Source: a virus
IMG/VR virus record: IMGVR_UViG_3300045988_115142
DNA: 64,000 nt
Direction: 5' to 3' (one strand)
Shown one piece after another: positions 54,664 to 63,915 of the stretch (within the stretch, counting starts at the first letter, position 1; each line of letters begins with the position of its first letter). The notes beneath the pieces are model-generated. The model was not told where the DNA came from and did no database searches. It saw only the letters and a list, made by a program, of their open reading frames with translations. A program made the translations under genes and the position numbers.

Positions 54664-55776
54664 ATGCAAAAAGACGATACTGCCTTGTTCGAAAGCATTG
54701 GTGAGTTACGATACGAACTGATGCAATTAAAGGTTGATCCTGATAATTCTGCGTTACTATCTTCCATTAAGAGAATACTTAACGATATTTTCGATGACTC
54801 GAAATGTGAAGACGTTATCTTTACTAATAATACAGATAAAATCTTCTTTGGTCTAACGGTAATGCCCGTGTTTAATGACTCTCAACAGGTCGTCGATATA
54901 GTTTTAAACAGTACTAACTTTGCTATATCCAAATATCGTGTTGAGATCGATTCTAAGCTTCTTGATAATTACACAGGATTGAATATTGATGAAATTACTT
55001 CTATCTTATTACACGAAGTAGCTTCTCTGGTATACAATGACACTCCTGCTCGTAAAGCTCGCTACTTAATCGATTTGTGTTTAACTCAAAATAATACAAA
55101 TATCAAGATCTCCAGCTATATCTCCTATGTGGAGTTATTAGCTTATGGTCTTAAAGAAGCGATCCGTAAATCAGCTTCCATTTTCTACGTTAAAGATAAT
55201 GGTGCTATTCAAGAATTTGATGACGCATTAGAATTGACTCGATTCTTAGAAAGTGCTATTGCTAAATTAGATGCTCTTGGTTATCTATATGATAAAGGTA
55301 CCAATGCAGCTGAAGTAGTTATTAAATGGACTTTACGTCTATATAAGGATATCCTTACATACCGTATTCCAGCTTTACATACTATCAATAAATCTTGTTT
55401 AGTAACAGCATCTGAATTGGAACAAGATGAGTTGAAGAATGTTGCTCGTCATTTAACTCGTATTGATGATTCTTTCTTGATTCAAGAGTCTGGTATTCTT
55501 GCCGATACTCCTGATAAGAAAGATATTGTTGCTAAGTTAAATGAACGCAAATCTATTAAGAGTTTCTTTGATACATTTGCAGAAACAGTTGCTCTTGGCA
55601 AAACTGCAAAGACTATTACTGAAGCTCAAGATTTATTCTTTAAATCTAACAGCGAGATGAGTCAAATCAAATATTATCTAGAAAATAATGAGCTTGATGC
55701 AAAGACAGCTAAGGATTTGGACAGATTGTATTGTCGATATGATATCATCAGGACTTCCTTACATACTAAGATCTAA
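54664..55776 (+). CDS. hypothetical protein; apparent degenerate paralog of the HExxH protein at 29610..30713
   Basis: KYRVEIDSKLL...ITSILLHEVASL compares with KYQPWVDIYLN...MATILHEIGHT. The lengths are similar (370 vs 367 aa), and the second His of HExxH is lost. Confidence 0.7.
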   Translation: MQKDDTALFESIGELRYELMQLKVDPDNSALLSSIKRILNDIFDDSKCEDVIFTNNTDKIFFGLTVMPVFNDSQQVVDIVLNSTNFAISKYRVEIDSKLLDNYTGLNIDEITSILLHEVASLVYNDTPARKARYLIDLCLTQNNTNIKISSYISYVELLAYGLKEAIRKSASIFYVKDNGAIQEFDDALELTRFLESAIAKLDALGYLYDKGTNAAEVVIKWTLRLYKDILTYRIPALHTINKSCLVTASELEQDELKNVARHLTRIDDSFLIQESGILADTPDKKDIVAKLNERKSIKSFFDTFAETVALGKTAKTITEAQDLFFKSNSEMSQIKYYLENNELDAKTAKDLDRLYCRYDIIRTSLHTKI

Positions 55777-55790
55777 TCTTAATATATAAT

Positions 55791-55816
55791 GAGAGTACCC
55801 AATATTGGGTACTCTC
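55791..55816 (+). terminator. intrinsic terminator; CCAATATTGG core
   Basis: GAGAGTACCCAATATTGGGTACTCTC, then TTTCTTTTC. Confidence 0.8.
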
Positions 55817-55933
55817 TTTCTTTTCGTAGATTGTTAATTTTAATATTTAATATAACAAACTAGTAAAAGTAATTATAAGCATTAGCTTATTATTGTATTT
55901 AGTTAAATTATATTTTTTTAGGAGGCTATTATC

Positions 55934-56644
55934 ATGGCACTAGGAGACAACAACAATCGCGAATTAAGACCTACAGTATACTCTGGTTATACTTTCTACA
56001 ACACACGTTCTGAGAAAGCTAAATCTCGTATGAACTTCTCTATGTGGAAGAATACTATTAAACTTTCTATCGAACGTATGGTAAAAGAATCTAACGACGG
56101 TTATGGTGCAGAATTCGATACAGAAAATCCAGCATTATTATACTTAACTGCTTCTAAAGCATTAGTATTGGCTGATCTTCTTAAAGCTTACTTACGTGAC
56201 CCAGAACAATACTCTGGTTTCGGTGTAGAATCTGCACGTGCATTGATTACTATCACTCGTGAAGGTGATGACGATGTTCTTACTGTATCTACTAAGAACG
56301 GTTCTGAAATCGGTGATGGTTTATCTTATGTATTAAATCATTCTTTCCCTGTAGTTGAAAAAGTTAAAGAAGATGGTAGTATTTCTTACAATAATTCTTT
56401 TGCTTCTTCTACAGATATCAAACAATTGATTTTCCAATTGGATGACTATGTACATGCAATGAATAATACTATTGCTTTCTCTGTTATTGATAACTTGGCT
56501 AGAAACACTCAATCTAAATATAGCTTCTTGAAAGAAGCATTAAGTGGTGGTTCTTCCTATGGTAACAATAATGGTGGTAGCCGTTATGGCAAAGGTTCTG
56601 CAAGCCAAAACAACGAAGTTGACGACTTAGACGACTTCATGTAA
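55934..56644 (+). CDS. putative single-stranded DNA-binding protein
   Basis: A Gly/Asn/Ser-rich linker (GGSSYGNNNGGSRYGKGS) precedes an acidic tip, EVDDLDDFM, like the SSB C-terminal tail architecture. Codons suggest high expression. The fold was not verified. Confidence 0.45.
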   Translation: MALGDNNNRELRPTVYSGYTFYNTRSEKAKSRMNFSMWKNTIKLSIERMVKESNDGYGAEFDTENPALLYLTASKALVLADLLKAYLRDPEQYSGFGVESARALITITREGDDDVLTVSTKNGSEIGDGLSYVLNHSFPVVEKVKEDGSISYNNSFASSTDIKQLIFQLDDYVHAMNNTIAFSVIDNLARNTQSKYSFLKEALSGGSSYGNNNGGSRYGKGSASQNNEVDDLDDFM

Positions 56645-56674
56645 TAGACAAAATATACTAAAGAAGATACAATG

Positions 56675-56701
56675 GAGAGTATACGATATCCGTATACTCT
56701 C
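56675..56701 (+). terminator. intrinsic terminator
   Basis: GAGAGTATACG-ATATC-CGTATACTCTC, then TATACTTCGTTTC. Confidence 0.65.
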
Positions 56702-56726
56702 TATACTTCGTTTCAGGTAGGTTTAT

Positions 56727-57413
56727 ATGGATACTACTATTAAATACGTAACTAAGAACTTTATTGAATTTGAAGTATTATTTGATTTAGATTTGGCTAT
56801 AGCTCAGTATATCTTATTGAATACTAAGAATACTAATTTCATTGATAAATCTATTAGGGAATCCAAGGTAGAGATCACTAATAATTATCTTAAGAATAAG
56901 CTACTATATAGAAAGTATGATAATCCATTATCTGCAGTATTGGATAATAAATACAAAGATAGCTTTGACGACATATTGGAATCTATCATGAAAGATCACG
57001 CTGATGATGTATATGAAAGAATTATTCCTACAGATCTATTACAAGCTATCAATGCTATGGGTGTAGCTGATGATATTATCAAATCTAGAATCAAATGTAA
57101 TAACGAAAAACAAGTCAATATAGTTGAGAAATATTCTGAGGTATTGGAGACAGTTAGAACCAATGAATTATTCGAAGATTCTACTTCTCTATTTATCAAA
57201 TACCTTAATAATATTCAAGATTATGCTCCTATTGGTGGTAAATACATTTATATCGTTAAAGGTAATTACAATCTAGGTCCAAATTTTCTCCCAAGTCCAG
57301 TTGTAACTATATTGGGAGAACAAAATGTAATACGGATGGTTGATATCTATTCCAATATCACTATTCCAGAAGTAAACTTGGAGGATTATATTAATGAACA
57401 CAGCAAGAATTAA
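56727..57413 (+). CDS. hypothetical protein
   Basis: 228-aa ORF. Overlaps the chaperonin gene start by 20 nt. Confidence 0.7.
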   Translation: MDTTIKYVTKNFIEFEVLFDLDLAIAQYILLNTKNTNFIDKSIRESKVEITNNYLKNKLLYRKYDNPLSAVLDNKYKDSFDDILESIMKDHADDVYERIIPTDLLQAINAMGVADDIIKSRIKCNNEKQVNIVEKYSEVLETVRTNELFEDSTSLFIKYLNNIQDYAPIGGKYIYIVKGNYNLGPNFLPSPVVTILGEQNVIRMVDIYSNITIPEVNLEDYINEHSKN

Positions 57414-59196
57414 AGCGGTTTCTAATATTGTACCTAAAAACGTTCTTCGTGAAGTCCAATTAGAAACTATTGAACGTATAGCTAATGCTTTGGCTAACTC
57501 TTATGGTCCATCTGGTTCCACTACACTCATTCGTAAAGGTGATGATGTAAAAGGTTCTGGTGTGACTGCTTATACTAAAGATGGTCATAGTATTTTAGGA
57601 GCTATTAAGTTCAATAAACCTATCGAAATGAGTATTCTCGATGATCTTAAAGATATTACTCGCAATACTGTTAAAACAGTTGGTGATGGTACAACATCTG
57701 CTGTAATCCTCTCCTATGAAATCTTCCGTGCATTGAACGAAATCATTAGCGACCACGCCAATTTCACCGAAAAGGCTGTAGTCGCTGAACTACAGAAAGT
57801 AGTTAAAGATATTACTACTATTATTGAAAATAGTAAGCAAAAACCTACTATTGATAAAATCTACCAAATTGCTTTGACATCTACTGATGGTAATGAAGAA
57901 GTAGCTAGCTCTATTCGTGAAATCTACGAACAATTTGGTCTTGGTGTATATATCGACGTAGGTATTTCTAATACTACTAACCACATGGTGAAAACTTATG
58001 AAGGTTTGACTATTGATGGTGGTTATTTCAATCCATGCTTCATAAACCGTGCCAAAGACGCTGTTTCTGAACTTCAAAATCCTAATATTTACATTTTTGA
58101 AGACCCTATTGATAATAACTACACGCTTAATCTTTGCTACAAGATTGTAGAGCAAAATTTAATTGCTCCTTTAACTAAATACAATACTTTGGTTCAACAA
58201 GGTAACCAAGCTGAAGCAGATGCTGTAATTACTAATGAACTTAAGGCAACTGCAATCATTACTCCTACATTTGGTCGTGATATTCGTTCCCAAATGGATA
58301 GTATCATCGATATGATGAGTAGTTCTAAAATTGAACAACGTGCTCCATTGACTATTATCACTGGTATGACTGATGTAGATCGTCTTGCTGACTTAGCTAC
58401 TATGACTGGTGCTAAGACTATCAAGAAATATGTAGATCCTGAAGTTCAAAAATCTGATGTAGAAAAAGGTATTGCTCCTACATTGGATAATGTGGCTACT
58501 GAATTCGGTGGTAAAGCTGAATTATTAGTTGCTGATACTAAAACTACTAAAGTTATTAACCCAGAATTAATGTTTGATATTGATGAAGAAGGTAAACGAG
58601 TATTCAGCAGTGAATATAGCAATCTTCTTGCTTCTTTAGAAGCTCAATTAGCTCAATTGGATACAGTAAAAGAATCTGCTACTGAAGTAAATGTACTTCG
58701 TCGCCGTATTCAATCTTTGAAATGTAATATGGTAGATTACTTAATCGGTGGCGTATCTTATACTGACCGTGATGCATTAAAAGATGCTGTAGAAGATGCT
58801 GTTCTTAACTGTCGTTCTGCTGCTAAAGAAGGTATTGGTTATGCTGCTAACTTCGAAGGTCTTCGTGCTGCTCATGAAGTTGCTGAAGTTACTTCTAACC
58901 TAAGCCCAATTAGAGAGGCTGTAAGCAATGCTGTATATAAAGCATATGCTAATACAGTTGCTCGTATCTATGTAGACTATATGGCGGTTGAAGATATTGA
59001 GCAAGATGATTTGATTAAAACTCTTATTGAACGTAATAAACCTATTGATGTAACTGGTAATGATCGTGAAGTATTATCTTCTATCAAAACAGACCCAACT
59101 ACATTACAAGCTATTGTAGATATCGTAGGTTTGATGTTCAAAACAAATCAATTCTTGTGCCCAATTCCAGATATGAATACATATACTGCTGAATAG
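57394..59196 (+). CDS. GroEL-like (Cpn60) chaperonin
   Basis: GPSGSTTLI ... YTKDGHSIL ... VGDGTTSAVILS matches GroEL GP.GRNV.. ..T.DGVTVA.. .AGDGTTTATVLA. Length is 600 aa. GGAGGA SD. Confidence 0.85.
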   Translation: MNTARIKAVSNIVPKNVLREVQLETIERIANALANSYGPSGSTTLIRKGDDVKGSGVTAYTKDGHSILGAIKFNKPIEMSILDDLKDITRNTVKTVGDGTTSAVILSYEIFRALNEIISDHANFTEKAVVAELQKVVKDITTIIENSKQKPTIDKIYQIALTSTDGNEEVASSIREIYEQFGLGVYIDVGISNTTNHMVKTYEGLTIDGGYFNPCFINRAKDAVSELQNPNIYIFEDPIDNNYTLNLCYKIVEQNLIAPLTKYNTLVQQGNQAEADAVITNELKATAIITPTFGRDIRSQMDSIIDMMSSSKIEQRAPLTIITGMTDVDRLADLATMTGAKTIKKYVDPEVQKSDVEKGIAPTLDNVATEFGGKAELLVADTKTTKVINPELMFDIDEEGKRVFSSEYSNLLASLEAQLAQLDTVKESATEVNVLRRRIQSLKCNMVDYLIGGVSYTDRDALKDAVEDAVLNCRSAAKEGIGYAANFEGLRAAHEVAEVTSNLSPIREAVSNAVYKAYANTVARIYVDYMAVEDIEQDDLIKTLIERNKPIDVTGNDREVLSSIKTDPTTLQAIVDIVGLMFKTNQFLCPIPDMNTYTAE

Positions 59197-59226
59197 TAAA
59201 ATAAATTATGTAAGGGAGGGATATGA

Positions 59227-60000
59227 TTGTCCGTCGAAACTACATTTGCTAATTATATACGACGACCTGGTATTGTCGGGAGTACTACACCACAAATTAA
59301 ACTAATTGAAATGGATGCTCGTCAAAGATATGAACGTATCTTGATGCGGGAAGGTGGTAGTTTAAAGTTTTATCAATTCAAAGACGATAAAAACGATACC
59401 TATTATATTCATATCAAAGTCCCATCAGAAGTATTAGATAAATTCTATTACGATGTGATTATAAAGTTCTGTGGTCATACAGGTACAGAATCTTATCCTA
59501 CCCTTACTAACTATAATATTCAAGTCTTCTCTAATGACCCCGCTTTCTGTTATACATATGCCTATGTATTTAATAAAGAAGGGATGTTAATTAAAGACTT
59601 TGCTGATAAGATTGGTCCAGACTTCTTAAAGAGTAAGCCTAGAGAACGAAATCCTAAAGAAACTTTTGGATTTGTTAAATCTCTATACTTTGCTTACTTC
59701 TTTATGGAGCAAAAGAAGTTATTTGAAAAACGTTGGTGGGATAAAGCTAAGCCTTATAAAGCTGATGCTATATCCCGCAACATTATGAAGGCTGATTCTA
59801 AGATTGTTAAGCGTCAAAGAGAAGCAGAACAGCTTAGAAAAACTGAGAAGGCTACTAAACAAACCCCTCAACCTCCTAGAAATACTTTCACTGGAAGTGA
59901 TCATGTCAAGCCAGCTAGAGTTGCTAGCGGTGTACGTAAAACAGGGACTGTTAAAACTACCAAGACAGTACGTACAACTAAGGCGATTCGAAAAAGATAA
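59227..60000 (+). CDS. hypothetical protein with basic K/T/R-rich C-terminal tail
   Basis: TTG start 6 nt after GGGAGGG. Tail sequence VRKTGTVKTTKTVRTTKAIRKR. Confidence 0.65.
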   Translation: MSVETTFANYIRRPGIVGSTTPQIKLIEMDARQRYERILMREGGSLKFYQFKDDKNDTYYIHIKVPSEVLDKFYYDVIIKFCGHTGTESYPTLTNYNIQVFSNDPAFCYTYAYVFNKEGMLIKDFADKIGPDFLKSKPRERNPKETFGFVKSLYFAYFFMEQKKLFEKRWWDKAKPYKADAISRNIMKADSKIVKRQREAEQLRKTEKATKQTPQPPRNTFTGSDHVKPARVASGVRKTGTVKTTKTVRTTKAIRKR

Positions 60001-60008
60001 TATAGCTG

Positions 60009-60023
60009 TATATTATAGAAATG
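60009..60023 (+). promoter_or_regulatory. variant motif TATATTATA-N3-ATG
   Basis: TATATTATAGAAATG, then AAGAAGG. Shares the 14-mer TATAGAAATGAAGA with the 23425 copy and abuts hairpin 60028-60054. Confidence 0.35.
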
Positions 60024-60077
60024 AAGAAGGTTATTTGATCTTTATAAATAACCTAAAATCCATTTAGGAGGGTTAAA

Positions 60078-61664
60078 ATGGTAGAAGAATTAAAGAACGT
60101 TTTTATTGATCTCGGAGAAGCTCAGCCATTTGTCTATGTAGATGACTGGGTTCCTCAACCTGAAGACTTTATTTTTACAACCTCAAAAGGTTTAATTGAA
60201 TTGAATGATATCGCTAGGATCTATGGCTTAGAAGATCATCATCCAATTGCTTTCTATTCGATGGCTAGTAAGAAATGCTACAATGGTGCAACTGTAGTAA
60301 AACCAAATGGCGATGTATCCATTGGTTTCCGTGACCATTGTATTCATTATCTTAACTATTTCGAAAAGTTTTATGATACTGAACATACTGTAGTTAATAT
60401 TTTAGCTCAGTTGAAGTATCTAATTGAATATCTTGAAGGGTATAATGAAGATAAGTTGGTATCGGATATCCAACGTTACTTCATTTCTAAGGATAGTAAT
60501 CCTGTACTCCATTATGATATCCATAGATTTGTAAGGGATAATTATAATATACATTTAACGTATAAGAATAAGAATAATCCATGTCTAGAATATAGAGATT
60601 ATCATGCTTGTATTTTGTTTGAAATTTCTATTCTTCAAAATATGATTATTCCTACTCTTATTCATTTCTCTTATCTACATCAATACACAAACCAAGATAT
60701 CCAAAGACTCTTATTGAGAGTATTTGATAATATCTTATTTGAAGTAGATAATAAATACAATGTCGATATGGCTTCTAAGTTATTTGAAACTATCTTGACA
60801 AATGTAAATAAAAATAAGAAGGGTAATCCAGTGTTATGGGATATGCAAGAAATCCGAGCTCGTAATCCTATTTCACATGCAATGGAAACCCAACAAAATA
60901 TTTTGGTACAAATCATTCCAAAATATTCATTCAAAGAAAATATCATCTCGTTTAACTTCTTCTCTATTCAAAATGATTTGAATAATAAAGTTCTACGAGC
61001 TAAGTATGAGTATGCTTTAGCATCAGTATCTTCTTCCAATGTGGATGAAGATAATAATTCTGAAGCAGATAAGTTCGAAGCTCACTTAGCTAAGATGAAT
61101 GAATCAGCAGTTATTCAATCTACATTAAACTGTAATCAAACAATTCAACGTATTGAAGCTTTATATGGTCCATTCTCTGAAGATGAAATTAATTTCTATA
61201 TGAAAGAGCTTGGTAAAGAAGGTAAGAATATCAAAAACCAATTCCAATTCAATTTGGTTTCTTATCTATTCTTAAAAGAGTTTAAAGATATCCAAGCAGT
61301 TAAGTTAGTTACATTTAGACAATATGTGATTATGCTATTAGCTGCTAAGAAGTATCTTATCTCAGCTGGTCAATCTCTATTACCATATATCATTGGTGGT
61401 AGAGTAGAAAAGATTGTTAGTCGTAAGACTGTAAATAAGAAGATTCTTCAAAAGATTCAATTCTCCGAAAACTATCCTAAAATAGTTGCTAAATACAATA
61501 ATAAGAAAATCCAAGAAGAAATCATCTTTAAAACAATCTCCCAAATCTTAGCCTCTGATTTCAGAAATATTGACTTCTATAATCAAGAGCTTAATGGAAT
61601 CAAAATCCAATGTATTCCAGAAAAGATTTCTGAAGAGTTGCTTCAATATATTCTGTTAATTTAA
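60078..61664 (+). CDS. hypothetical protein
   Basis: 528-aa ORF with TAGGAGGG SD. No RNAP beta-prime or polymerase motif found. Confidence 0.75.
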   Translation: MVEELKNVFIDLGEAQPFVYVDDWVPQPEDFIFTTSKGLIELNDIARIYGLEDHHPIAFYSMASKKCYNGATVVKPNGDVSIGFRDHCIHYLNYFEKFYDTEHTVVNILAQLKYLIEYLEGYNEDKLVSDIQRYFISKDSNPVLHYDIHRFVRDNYNIHLTYKNKNNPCLEYRDYHACILFEISILQNMIIPTLIHFSYLHQYTNQDIQRLLLRVFDNILFEVDNKYNVDMASKLFETILTNVNKNKKGNPVLWDMQEIRARNPISHAMETQQNILVQIIPKYSFKENIISFNFFSIQNDLNNKVLRAKYEYALASVSSSNVDEDNNSEADKFEAHLAKMNESAVIQSTLNCNQTIQRIEALYGPFSEDEINFYMKELGKEGKNIKNQFQFNLVSYLFLKEFKDIQAVKLVTFRQYVIMLLAAKKYLISAGQSLLPYIIGGRVEKIVSRKTVNKKILQKIQFSENYPKIVAKYNNKKIQEEIIFKTISQILASDFRNIDFYNQELNGIKIQCIPEKISEELLQYILLI

Positions 61665-61674
61665 GACAATTAAT

Positions 61675-61700
61675 TCCAGAGACTAATATTAGTCTCTGGA
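61675..61700 (+). terminator. intrinsic terminator
   Basis: TCCAGAGACTAATATTAGTCTCTGGA, then GTTTTATTTG. Confidence 0.75.
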
Positions 61701-61728
61701 GTTTTATTTGCTAAAAGGAGGTGAGATT

Positions 61729-62772
61729 ATGGATATACAAGAAGAATTAAAATACTATCTAATGGAAACATTTCCAGATGCTAAATCCGCATCAAATGGA
61801 AGAGAAGTAGTTATTAGATGCCGCTTCTGTGGTGATAGTAAGAATAAAGACTCTAGACACTTATACTTATCATTAGGAGATTCTGTTAAAGGAATACCTC
61901 CATTGTATCATTGCTTTAAGTGTAATGAGAGTGGTGTATTGTCTAAAGATGTTATCAGAGAACTTATGGGTTATGCTGATACATCTGAAGTATTATATAA
62001 ACTGGATAAATCGAATAAAGAGATATTTAAGAATTCTAAATATCGACCATTAAATAACAATTACTATTTGAATCAAAATTACCCATATACCGATAATACT
62101 TATAACACAAAGAAAATTGAATATATATCTAATCGTCTTGGAATAGATTTTTCTTATGGTGAAATAATCTCTAACAAAATAATACTTGACGTAAAAGAAT
62201 TATTAAGTTATAATAAGATTAACGTTGAGAATCGATTTCGTGATCTAATCGATTATGCTTCGCTGAATTGTATTGGCTTTCTAAGTATGAATAATAGTTT
62301 TGTCACATTTAGAAATCTCCGTAAGAATCCACCAAGACAGTTTAACTTTAGATACATGCAATACAACATTTTCAATTCATTTGAATCAGGGAATAAGTAT
62401 TATTGTATTCCGACCATAATAAACACGATGTCGAATGAACCTATACATATTCGAATAGCGGAGGGGGCTTTCGATATATTATCCGTTAAGTATAATTTAT
62501 GTGGAGGTAACACTGAACAACAGATGTACATATCTGCTAATGGTAAAGGTTTTAGTAGTGTAATTAAACATGTTTTAACTACATATCCTATACCTAATTT
62601 AATTTTAGACCTGTATTTAGACAACGATTATGGTAATGATTACGCCATATGGAATTGTAAAAAAGCTCTTGAATTAAATATACCAGTATACTTACACAGG
62701 AACAGGTTTGAAGGTGAGAAAGACTTTGGAGTTCCCGCTAATAAAATTTGTGAACAGGTTTTGAAAGTTTAA
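61729..62772 (+). CDS. DNA primase (zinc-finger + TOPRIM)
   Basis: CRFCGDSKNKDSRHLY...CFKCNESG zinc-binding element. TOPRIM Glu in IAEGAFDILS and a DxD in DLYLDNDYGND. ATG 61729 follows AAAGGAGGTG. Confidence 0.7.
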   Translation: MDIQEELKYYLMETFPDAKSASNGREVVIRCRFCGDSKNKDSRHLYLSLGDSVKGIPPLYHCFKCNESGVLSKDVIRELMGYADTSEVLYKLDKSNKEIFKNSKYRPLNNNYYLNQNYPYTDNTYNTKKIEYISNRLGIDFSYGEIISNKIILDVKELLSYNKINVENRFRDLIDYASLNCIGFLSMNNSFVTFRNLRKNPPRQFNFRYMQYNIFNSFESGNKYYCIPTIINTMSNEPIHIRIAEGAFDILSVKYNLCGGNTEQQMYISANGKGFSSVIKHVLTTYPIPNLILDLYLDNDYGNDYAIWNCKKALELNIPVYLHRNRFEGEKDFGVPANKICEQVLKV

Positions 62773-62806
62773 GTAAACTTTGTTTATGAGAAGGGAAGTG
62801 TTATTT

Positions 62807-63088
62807 ATGAAATCTCCAAAAGAGCTTTTACGGGGAGTGTCTGATTGGATGATGTTTATTGAGGAACTTAAATTGACTAAATACGAAGTATTTATCATTT
62901 TCCTCTCCTATACTATTTTCCTCATGGCACTCTTCTTCTCTATTCTTGCTTTCATATCTCTTTATTGTAGTGGAAATCTTTCAATGATATGCCCAGTTAT
63001 ATTACTGGGTATAGTCGTTGATATTTTTCTCTTCATCAAGTCGTTTAAACTATATGAAGAGATAGTTGCTAGTAAGAAATTCAAATAG
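62807..63088 (+). CDS. small membrane protein
   Basis: Two hydrophobic helices. ATG 62807 sits 8 nt after AAGGGAAG. Confidence 0.6.
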   Translation: MKSPKELLRGVSDWMMFIEELKLTKYEVFIIFLSYTIFLMALFFSILAFISLYCSGNLSMICPVILLGIVVDIFLFIKSFKLYEEIVASKKFK

Positions 63089-63096
63089 ATCACTTG

Positions 63097-63120
63097 CCCA
63101 TAGCCAATATTGGCTATGGG
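63097..63120 (+). terminator. intrinsic terminator; palindrome family
   Basis: CCCATAGCCAATATTGGCTATGGG, then AATTTTATTTTCTC. Confidence 0.75.
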
Positions 63121-63150
63121 AATTTTATTTTCTCAGGAAGGAATAATGAA

Positions 63151-63615
63151 ATGAAAACATGCGTAACACTTTATGAAACACATTTAGTCAGATATTATCT
63201 ACCAACAACTAAAAGAGAAAAACTAGGGTTTATGATACAATCTGATATAGATACAGAGGATCTAATAAACTTAAATTTAGTTGCCCATATTCTTCATAAT
63301 CACATTTGGAATGAATATCAAGGCATCTATGTATATATCTATTCTAACGGTACACATCAATTATTTATAGATAATGGAGTTAAAGAAGAAAAGAGCTTAT
63401 ACTTCAGAGATACTATAAATAATATCCCAGCTGAAATAGTAATCCTAGCTAAATATATCTTCGAAGGGAAATATAGAAAAGCTGCTAGAATTATTAAACA
63501 AGCTAGACTAAATGTAAGTCTAAGTGAACTACTTAGAATTCCATTAGCTCGTTATTATAATGGTATCAATTTCCCATTAGAAGAACTAAGAGATATTTGT
63601 AAAAAAGGAGTTTAA
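63151..63615 (+). CDS. hypothetical protein
   Basis: Track start 63094 lies inside the palindrome 63097-63120. ATG 63151 (MKTCVTL...) sits 8 nt after AGGAAGGA. Confidence 0.65.
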   Translation: MKTCVTLYETHLVRYYLPTTKREKLGFMIQSDIDTEDLINLNLVAHILHNHIWNEYQGIYVYIYSNGTHQLFIDNGVKEEKSLYFRDTINNIPAEIVILAKYIFEGKYRKAARIIKQARLNVSLSELLRIPLARYYNGINFPLEELRDICKKGV

Positions 63616-63616
63616 A

Positions 63617-63841
63617 ATGGATACAGAAAGAGAATATAGCCATATGGTAAAAAATAAAATGTTACCAGGCGGTAAACTAATTTCAGATTACCAAATAATG
63701 ACTGGTTATGGGTTATCTGAATTAGAAATGAAGTATATAGATGAAGTCGGTATAATACCAGAAGTTCCAGAACATATACGAATAATTCCTAAAGGATTTT
63801 ATAAAGATGATGATGGGAAAATTCGTAAAATAGAAAAATAA
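63617..63841 (+). CDS. hypothetical protein
   Basis: 74-aa ORF with AAAGGAG SD. Confidence 0.65.
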   Translation: MDTEREYSHMVKNKMLPGGKLISDYQIMTGYGLSELEMKYIDEVGIIPEVPEHIRIIPKGFYKDDDGKIRKIEK

Positions 63842-63845
63842 TCAG

Positions 63846-63869
63846 AGGGTAGCCAATATTGGCTACCCT
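63846..63869 (+). terminator. intrinsic terminator; palindrome family
   Basis: AGGGTAGCCAATATTGGCTACCCT, then ACTCTTTTATTTATTTTTTTTTT. Confidence 0.8.
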
Positions 63870-63915
63870 ACTCTTTTATTTATTTTTTTTTTGTAATAGT
63901 ATGAATTTTCAGCGA

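Noticed and set aside
18887-63150. N-terminal extensions given by the ORF track for 18887, 27320, 43260 and 63094. Smaller extensions apply at 3853, 10809, 11470, 14170, 14727, 28021, 32017, 32784, 35388, 61708 and 62780.
   Set aside because: The extended starts lack SD sequences, and in four cases they run through terminator palindromes. Internal ATGs preceded by AGGAGG-type sites at 5-9 nt were preferred.
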